From Candidatus Eiseniibacteriota bacterium (lineage in GTDB: Bacteria > Eisenbacteria > RBG-16-71-46 > CAVPCR01): 64,000 nucleotides of DNA. A model generated the notes under the pieces. The model did not search any database. It was not told the DNA's origin and saw nothing but the letters and a program-made list of their open reading frames with translations. Made by a program: the position numbers and the translations under genes. The stretch spans positions 352,001 to 416,000 of the forward strand of contig CAWGMA010000002.1 in assembly GCA_963823555.1 (NCBI GenBank), given 5' to 3'. Positions 57,619-64,000 of the stretch are shown here, in pieces; the stretch's first letter is position 1; each line of letters starts with the position of its first letter.

Positions 57619-59541
57619 TCAGCGGAGCAGGGTCATCCGCCGGAGCTCGACCGAGTCGCGGGTGGTCAGGCGGTAGAAGTAGGTTCCGCTCGGGAGCTTG
57701 TCGCCGGCATCATTGAGCCCGTCCCAGGCGACCAGGTGCTCCCCGGCCGACTTGAACTCATGGACCAGCGTGCGCACGATCTTGCCGGAGGAGTTGAAGA
57801 CCACGAGCGTGACCGGTCCCGGCTTCTCGATCTTGTAGGAGATCTCGGTTGCCGGGTTGAACGGGTTGGGCACGTTCTGCGCGAGATCCCGCGGGGTCCT
57901 CTCCTTGGTGACCTGTCCGGTCGGGGCCGGCGGATACTCGGCGAGGGTGTTGCGCCATACCGTCACGTGATCGGCGATCGAGCTCGCGACAGCGAGGTCG
58001 ATCACACCGTCGCCGTCGAAATCGGCGGCTTCGACAGCCACCGGTCCCGCATCCACGGCGAACCGCGTGCCGAGGGAGAAGATTCCCGATCCTTCGTTCA
58101 GGAGCACGGTCACATCGTCGGAGTCGAGCCCGGGCACGGCAAGATCGAGATCCCCATCGCCATCCAGGTCGGCGAGCGCGGGGAGGAACGGACGATCCCC
58201 GGTCGCATAGGCGATTGGATTCCGGTAGGCGATCGCCTTGGCGGTGGTGTCTCGCTTGCTCCGGGGCGGACCGGATTCATTGCCGGCAGGGTCTGCGGCC
58301 CGCGGGCCGGCCAGGAACACGGAGACCTCGTTCGAGCCCTGATTGACGGTGATGAGGTCAGGGACTCGATCGCCGTTCAGGTCCGCGGCCATCACGACCT
58401 CGGGGCGGCTTCCGGTCTCGAGCGTGCCGGCCTGTTCGAAGCGCCCATCCCCCAGGTTGCGGAGGAGGATCACCTGATCGCCCTCCTCGTTGGCGGCTGC
58501 CAGGTCGAGATCCTGGTCGCCGTCGAGATCGGCCAGGGCGACGGACTCGATCCCGCGGGCGGCGCGCACTCGCCGTTCGCGCCCCAGGTTGCCACCGCTT
58601 TCGGCAGGTAGCACCGTGATGCGGTCGGTGCTCGAGAGATGGGCGATCAGCACCTCGTCGCGTCCATCCAGGTTGAGATCGCCGGTGATGGCCTGGACCG
58701 GGGTCCCCGTCTCGAGCTTGCGGGTCGCATCGAGGACGAAGCGGCCATCGCCCCGTCCGCGCAGGACGGCGAGATTGCCCGAGGTCTCTCCCGGGATGAC
58801 GAGATCGAGGCGCGAGTCGCGGTCGAGGTCGGCGAGAACGAAGCGGCTCGGATCTTCGATGTCGTCGAGCGCCATGGCAGGCAAGGGGCTGAAGGCCCCG
58901 TCACCCTGATTGATGAAGACGTGAAGATCCTCCACGCCGAGGACCGCGGTGACCACGAGATCGAGATCGCCGTCGGCGTCGAGGTCGGCGGCGGCGAGCA
59001 TGTTGGGGCTCTTGCTGACCTCGAACCCGGTCATGCGAGCGAATCGAGCGGGCCCGGGTGCTGCTGCCACGTGGAACGTGAGCAGTGCTCCGGCGAAGCC
59101 CTCCTGGCGCGCGATGGCGAGCCGCGCCATCTCGCCCGGGAGGAACGGGCGATCGGGGACCAGGGACAGGGTCCGCGACCTGGCCGCATAGCTGGCGCGG
59201 ACGCTGTGTGGCCCCGATTGCCGGCCATGGAGCTGGATGGCCGGGGGGGTCTTGGCCGACCAGACCTGATCCGCGTCGAGGACGATCTCGACTGCGGCGT
59301 CGGCGGGCACGCCCAGCGCCTGGGGAGCGGGGGTCCGGGCCTGGTTGGCGGCCAGGGCCGAATGGTCCGAGATGACTCCGGGCAGAGCGAGAAGCAGGCC
59401 CAGGGCCAGGGCGGCCGGCACCGCGAGGCGGGCAGTCGGCAGGAAGTGAGGCCTGGAGGCAGGTCGGAGGATGCGCCCGATCCGAAGATCCGAGCCGCGG
59501 GTCCCACGCCTCCTGGAGTGCGGGTTTTTGTTATGTAACAT
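57619..59541 (-). CDS. FG-GAP/VCBS repeat protein with C-terminal FlgD-Ig domain
   Basis: About seven ADLDGDGDLDL repeats; QNVPNPFNPAT...WDG...SGTYFYRL; start uncertain. Confidence 0.9.
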   Translation of the reverse strand: MLHNKNPHSRRRGTRGSDLRIGRILRPASRPHFLPTARLAVPAALALGLLLALPGVISDHSALAANQARTPAPQALGVPADAAVEIVLDADQVWSAKTPPAIQLHGRQSGPHSVRASYAARSRTLSLVPDRPFLPGEMARLAIARQEGFAGALLTFHVAAAPGPARFARMTGFEVSKSPNMLAAADLDADGDLDLVVTAVLGVEDLHVFINQGDGAFSPLPAMALDDIEDPSRFVLADLDRDSRLDLVIPGETSGNLAVLRGRGDGRFVLDATRKLETGTPVQAITGDLNLDGRDEVLIAHLSSTDRITVLPAESGGNLGRERRVRAARGIESVALADLDGDQDLDLAAANEEGDQVILLRNLGDGRFEQAGTLETGSRPEVVMAADLNGDRVPDLITVNQGSNEVSVFLAGPRAADPAGNESGPPRSKRDTTAKAIAYRNPIAYATGDRPFLPALADLDGDGDLDLAVPGLDSDDVTVLLNEGSGIFSLGTRFAVDAGPVAVEAADFDGDGVIDLAVASSIADHVTVWRNTLAEYPPAPTGQVTKERTPRDLAQNVPNPFNPATEISYKIEKPGPVTLVVFNSSGKIVRTLVHEFKSAGEHLVAWDGLNDAGDKLPSGTYFYRLTTRDSVELRRMTLLR

Positions 59542-59818
59542 ATATCCAACAAACGACTTGAGCGAGTCGAGACGATTCCGGAGTGGCCTGCTGGAGGGCC
59601 GGGGATGAGGCCGGCAGGCTACGCGGGTGCGGATCGCGCTTCGATGGCCCCGGGGTTGTTCTCGCCCGGGCCGGTTCCGAGCTGAAGCGGTCGCTCGCTC
59701 AGGAGTCGGCAGACTCGGGAAATGCTAGGTGGCGCGGCCCGGGGTGTCAAGGCCACCCCGGCGGCTCGCCTCCCGCCCCGGGGGCGGGGTCGCATCCGGG
59801 TGAGAAGGCCCTGACCCG

Positions 59819-61780
59819 CTATTCAACGGCAATCGCGCCGGCCATTTCCACCGGCACGAGCCGCACCCGCTCATCGTAGAGGGCTCCACCCTCGCCGAGA
59901 TCGGTCAGGCGGGCCTGGATGAGGGCGTTGGCGCAACGCCCGGCGCCGAGATGTCCACCCTTGGGAATGATCGCCACGTCGCGACGCTGGGCGGGGTCGT
60001 GGGCGATGCGCACATCGAGCGATCCAATCCGCGACTCGAGGCGGCAGAGCGCGCCATCGGGGATGCCGCCCGCCGTATCCGGATGCACGGTCACGATCGC
60101 CGGCCCTGCGACCGGCGTGGACCACTGCGAGGACTGCGCGCGATCAGTCGAGAGCGACATCAAGGTGAGCGGATAGTCGGTGCCGTTGCCCGCGGGTTCA
60201 GGTGGCCCCTCGGTGATCAGGTTGACCCGGCCGCTCGGGGTCGGAAACTTGCGATCGGCAAAAAGAATCTGCGGGGCGAGCGGGTTCTTGACCGCATTCC
60301 TCTCCAGGTGGTCGAGGGTGACGCCGCGGGGAGCCATCTCCTTCTCGAGGAGCCTCTCCTTCCACTCGCGAGCGGTCCCGGCCAGCGCTGCTTCGAGGCC
60401 GACCCTGGCCGCCAGTCCCTGGATGATCTCGAGATCGCTCCTGACGAGCGGTGGGGGGGCAACGACCGGCACCGAGGCGCTCAGCCAGTGGTGGCCGTAG
60501 GAGCCGAGCAGGTCGTCGGCTTCGAGGAGGGTCGTTGTCGGCAGCAGGAGATGCGCGCAGCGCGCGGTGTCGGTGAGAAAGGAGTCGGCGACGACGACGA
60601 ACTCACGGGATCGGAGGGCCGCGGCGGTGGTGTTCGACTCGGGCAGCATGGCGACCGGGTTGCCGCAGGTCACCCAGACCAGGCGCACCGGCGGGTCCGC
60701 GAGCCGCTCGAGCTCGGGACCGAAGAGCGGCTCGCATACCGTGCGCGGCGCCGCTGCCTTGCCGCGGATGAAGGAGACGTCGAAGGCGCCGTGCCGCTTG
60801 TAATAGAAGGAGACCCCGCCACCCGGGATGCCGAGGTTGCCGCTCACCGCCCCGAGCGCGTCCAGAGCGCGCACGATGGCGGCGCCGTTGGCGCGCCGGC
60901 CCATTCCCCACCCGACGAGGATCGCGGTCGGCTTGTCGCGCCCCAGCCGGTGTGCGAGATCCTCGGCCGCCGCGGGTTCGATGTCGGCTTCGGCGCACCA
61001 TGCCGCCACCGAGCGGCGCTCGGCCAGCGCCCGGAAATCCTCCAGGTGGTCGCAATAGGTCGCGGCGGCCGGATCCACGAGGCCTCGGGCGAAGAGCGTG
61101 CGGGCCACCGCCATCGCCAGGGCGAAGTCGCTTGCCGGGCGGTTCTGGATGGTCGAGTCGGCCAGGCTCGCCGTGCGATGGTGCACGGGGTCGATGAGCA
61201 CGATCTCGGTGCCGCGGGCCTTGGCCTCCTTGAGGATCGGGATCAGGTGGGGGCTCGACGTGTAGACGTTCTTGCCCCACAGGATGATGTGGCGCGAGCG
61301 GAGGAGATCGAAGATATCGTGGCTGTCCTCATCCCCGAAGTCGAGGACCTGGGCGGCATCCCCGGCGCCCGAGCAGATGTCGCCGCGCTTCACGGTGACC
61401 GGACCGAACTGCTCGAAGAAGTAGTCGCCGAGCATCTTGAGCACGCCCAGCGAGCCGCCGCTGCGATAGTGAAAGATGGCGGCCGGTCCCGATTCGCTGC
61501 GGATCTTGAGCAGGCGCTCGGCGGCGATGTCGAGCGCATCGTCCCAGGAGATGGGCTGGAAGTCGTCGGCGAGGCGCTGGCGGTAGAGCGGAGTCGTCAC
61601 TCGATCCGGGGAGTACTGGAGATCGAGAAAGCGGCTGGTGCGATAGCAGAGGAAGCCGCGAGTGATGGGGTGATCCTTCTCGCCCTGGAGGCGGATCACG
61701 CGGCCGTTCTCGACGGTGGCGACGATGCCGCAGGCATCGGGGCAATCACGATTGCAGGTGGTGCGGCGAAGCTCCTTCAC
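59819..61780 (-). CDS. Molybdopterin (bis-MGD) oxidoreductase, cytoplasmic
   Basis: CNRDCPDAC..GFLC [4Fe-4S], ISWDDALD, DICSGAG, IDP..RP.SD, DSFLTDTA...LLP; no Tat signal. Confidence 0.92.
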   Translation of the reverse strand: MKELRRTTCNRDCPDACGIVATVENGRVIRLQGEKDHPITRGFLCYRTSRFLDLQYSPDRVTTPLYRQRLADDFQPISWDDALDIAAERLLKIRSESGPAAIFHYRSGGSLGVLKMLGDYFFEQFGPVTVKRGDICSGAGDAAQVLDFGDEDSHDIFDLLRSRHIILWGKNVYTSSPHLIPILKEAKARGTEIVLIDPVHHRTASLADSTIQNRPASDFALAMAVARTLFARGLVDPAAATYCDHLEDFRALAERRSVAAWCAEADIEPAAAEDLAHRLGRDKPTAILVGWGMGRRANGAAIVRALDALGAVSGNLGIPGGGVSFYYKRHGAFDVSFIRGKAAAPRTVCEPLFGPELERLADPPVRLVWVTCGNPVAMLPESNTTAAALRSREFVVVADSFLTDTARCAHLLLPTTTLLEADDLLGSYGHHWLSASVPVVAPPPLVRSDLEIIQGLAARVGLEAALAGTAREWKERLLEKEMAPRGVTLDHLERNAVKNPLAPQILFADRKFPTPSGRVNLITEGPPEPAGNGTDYPLTLMSLSTDRAQSSQWSTPVAGPAIVTVHPDTAGGIPDGALCRLESRIGSLDVRIAHDPAQRRDVAIIPKGGHLGAGRCANALIQARLTDLGEGGALYDERVRLVPVEMAGAIAVE

Positions 61781-61819
61781 TCTTCTCCTCCGGGACGGCG
61801 TTCGAGACGGGCGCGATCG

Positions 61820-63460
61820 TTACGGAGCGTAAACCACCCGTGTCGCGCCGCGGCCGTCGGGGGGATCGGTCGCGGCGCGGATCCAGTAGACACCGCGCGG
61901 GACGCGACGACCATGGTCGTCGCGCGCATCCCAGGTCGCGCCGCCGGGGCCGCCCCGAAGCGTGCGCACCCGGCGGCCGAGGGCATCGTAAATCGAGAGC
62001 TCGTTCGCGACCAGCCCGCCGGGGATGGTGATGTGCGCGCTCGCGGCAAAGGGATTCGGCGCGACGGTGAGCGCCACGACGGAGGGGGCGGGATCTCCGG
62101 CTGGGATGGCGCTCGGCCCGGACACCCGCCGGTAGACGCGGATCTGATCGACGGTGCCGAGGGCCGTGAGGATCTCCTCGAACCCGTCTGCGCCGTCATC
62201 GGCCAGGGCGAGCCCGCGGATGGGTCCGCCGAGCGCGGGGCGCGCGTAGCTCTCCTCCCAGCTGGCGAGATCCGGGTCATAGGACAGAACCCGCAGATCG
62301 CCGCCGAAGGAGCCGGCAGCAAGGCTCATCGTGCCCGGCACCGTGAGCGGGCGCGCATCGAGCGCGAGCACGTTTCCGGACCAGGCGGTCGCTGTCTCCA
62401 GGCGCAGCGCATAGGCATTCTCGCCCGTGTTCTCGAAGATCGCGACGAAGCTCGATGAACCGAAGGCAAGCTCCGGTCGCCCGTCGTCATCGAGGTCGGC
62501 GACGTGCGGGGCGGTGGGGAGCCCGATCACTGCCGACTGGAAGAGCGTATGGACCCAGGTCTGAGCCGCCGGGTCGTACTCGAGGCGGCGAATGTTGAGC
62601 GGGAATCCAGCCGAGCCGCCGTAGCCGAGGACGATCTCGGGGATGCCATCCTGATCGGTGTCGCCGAGCGCCGCCGAGAAGAGATAGGACGGGGTCGTGT
62701 ACGCGAAGACCCGTGTGTAGAGGTTCTCCCCGATGACGCCGGAGTGCTCCCAGATCGCGACCAGCCCGTCGGTCGGTGCCGAGCCGCCGCAGATGACGAT
62801 GACCTCCTCGCGGCCGTTCAGGTTGGTGTCGCCGATCAGGATCTTGCGCGGGCGTCGCGTCCCGATGGGATCGCTCTCGCGGATCGTGTCGTGAACGAAG
62901 GTGAACCCGCCGGCGGACTCCTCGAACAGCATCACCTTGCCGAACGTCGAGACCTCGGCAGCGAAGATCTCCCCCAGGCCGTCGCCGTCGGTGTCACCGA
63001 AGGCGAAATCGATGTAGGAGCTTGGCGGCGCCGGCGCGCCGGAGTTCCAGATCTCTTCGTAGCTGCCCTGGCCATCGGCGGCGAAGAGATGGATCTGGTT
63101 GGGAGTGAAGTGCGCCCCGGCGAAATCGAAGCGGCCGTCGCGGTCGGCGTCGCCGGCGCCGAGGCCGAGCACATTCGAGAGCGTGGTGCCCGAATCCCAG
63201 ACCGGAGCGAAATCGAGGTCGGAGAGGGCCTGGGCAGTCGCTCCGCCGCCGGATGGGGGAGCGGTCCCGAGGAGGCCATCGGCGTCGAGATCGGCCCGGG
63301 CCGCAGCTTCGCCCGCCGGCAGGAGCTCGTCGACCACGCCATCCCCGTTGATATCAAGGCCGATGAGCGGCTCACCAGCCCCGGGGGTGGCGAGGAGCAG
63401 GCCGAGGACGAGGGCCGGGAAGAGGAGGGCGAGGATGAGGAAACAGGGTTGCCGGTTCAC
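61820..63460 (-). CDS. FG-GAP repeat protein with C-terminal FlgD-Ig domain
   Basis: GDADRDG, GDTDGDG, GDTNLNG, GDTDQDG, ADLDDDG repeats; APNPF...YDALGRRVRTL...WD...GVYWIR; probable GTG start. Confidence 0.85.
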   Translation of the reverse strand: MNRQPCFLILALLFPALVLGLLLATPGAGEPLIGLDINGDGVVDELLPAGEAAARADLDADGLLGTAPPSGGGATAQALSDLDFAPVWDSGTTLSNVLGLGAGDADRDGRFDFAGAHFTPNQIHLFAADGQGSYEEIWNSGAPAPPSSYIDFAFGDTDGDGLGEIFAAEVSTFGKVMLFEESAGGFTFVHDTIRESDPIGTRRPRKILIGDTNLNGREEVIVICGGSAPTDGLVAIWEHSGVIGENLYTRVFAYTTPSYLFSAALGDTDQDGIPEIVLGYGGSAGFPLNIRRLEYDPAAQTWVHTLFQSAVIGLPTAPHVADLDDDGRPELAFGSSSFVAIFENTGENAYALRLETATAWSGNVLALDARPLTVPGTMSLAAGSFGGDLRVLSYDPDLASWEESYARPALGGPIRGLALADDGADGFEEILTALGTVDQIRVYRRVSGPSAIPAGDPAPSVVALTVAPNPFAASAHITIPGGLVANELSIYDALGRRVRTLRGGPGGATWDARDDHGRRVPRGVYWIRAATDPPDGRGATRVVYAP

Positions 63461-63600
63461 ATCGTCTATCGTAGCAGGTCCGGGTCGAGGCCAGGCCCAA
63501 CCCCGCCTCGACGGCCGGGCTCGCTGCTGAAACTCAAGCAACTTCATCCGTTACGTAGAATGAGCAAGCCCCCGGCCCGGATCTCGATCCCGATCACCCG

Positions 63601-64000
63601 ATGAGCCAGAGACGCCGCCTCCACCCCCAAGTCCCCTTCTCGGCGCATCTTGTCGCGCTGGCTCTGGCTGTTGCCGTGCCGGCGGTGGCCAATGATCCGC
63701 CCCGGCGCATGGAGGAGCTGACCCCTCCCGACCGGCATCTCTCCTTCTCGGCCAGCGGGATGTGGGGCTATGCCGATGCCACGGGCGAGTACGCGCTCAT
63801 CACCGATGGCGCTTCGCTCCAGGTCGTCGATGTCACGAATCCCGCCCACCCCGTGGTCGCGAGCCGCGTGCAGGGCGTCGGGCGGGATCTCAAGGAGGTC
63901 AAGACCTACCGGCACTACGCCTACTGCGTGAACCAGACCGGCCCCATCCAGATCGTGGATCTCTCGGATCCCTATCATGCCTACACGGCCGCCACGTATG
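63601..64000 (+). CDS. Secreted LVIVD-repeat / choice-of-anchor-B-like protein, runs off the window end
   Basis: Read manually: MSQRRRL...LVALALAVAVPAVA signal; MWGYADATGEYALI, VVDVTNPAHP, EVKTYRHYAY, IQIVDLS. Confidence 0.75.
   Translation, partial: MSQRRRLHPQVPFSAHLVALALAVAVPAVANDPPRRMEELTPPDRHLSFSASGMWGYADATGEYALITDGASLQVVDVTNPAHPVVASRVQGVGRDLKEVKTYRHYAYCVNQTGPIQIVDLSDPYHAYTAATY

Noticed and set aside
59514..59541. AT-rich TTATGTAACAT as a dif site
   Set aside because: Only a partial XerD-arm resemblance; the XerC arm is absent; more likely promoter DNA
1..64000. tRNA, rRNA, IS/integrase, prophage or anti-phage defence genes
   Set aside because: No supporting motifs found by eye; a tRNAscan/Rfam/defence-system scan would be needed to exclude them formally

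Overview
High-GC (roughly 68-70% by eye), gene-dense bacterial window with about 45 CDS and no rRNA, tRNA, CRISPR or mobile element that I can support. At least six secreted proteins end in the same FlgD-Ig/T9SS-like C-terminal domain, which suggests (inference) an FCB-related lineage such as Ca. Eisenbacteria. Two multi-gene loci stand out. (1) 868-11072 (-): a sigma-54-controlled membrane redox module with three glycine-cleavage-H-like paralogs that all lack the lipoyl-lysine, a HybA-like 4x[4Fe-4S] protein without a Tat signal, an NrfD/HybB subunit fused to a tri-heme c7-like domain, a di-heme (2x CxxCH) histidine kinase, an NtrC-type regulator and an archaemetzincin; candidate -24/-12 promoters and four palindromic enhancer-like sites are visible, but there is no catalytic subunit. 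(2) 23085-30194 (-): a tightly coupled operon of PspA/ESCRT-III-like protein, membrane-anchored solute-binding/OmpA fusion, ABC permease, ABC ATPase, 2-TM coiled-coil protein and a classic-clade AAA+ ATPase, i.e. a candidate bacterial ESCRT-III/Vps4-like envelope system. Also present: three parS/NBS-like palindromes (one inside a perfect 42-bp palindrome), a gingipain-like C25 protein with its catalytic His apparently replaced, recD2, ECF sigma/anti-sigma, ABC-permease/M1-aminopeptidase fusion, serpin, sdhACDB, bactofilin, a DUF2723 glycosyltransferase and a molybdopterin oxidoreductase. Three genes (NrfD-c7, C25, recD2) carry about 12 single-base frameshifts that look like sequencing errors. 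All family assignments come from motif recognition by eye, not database searches.
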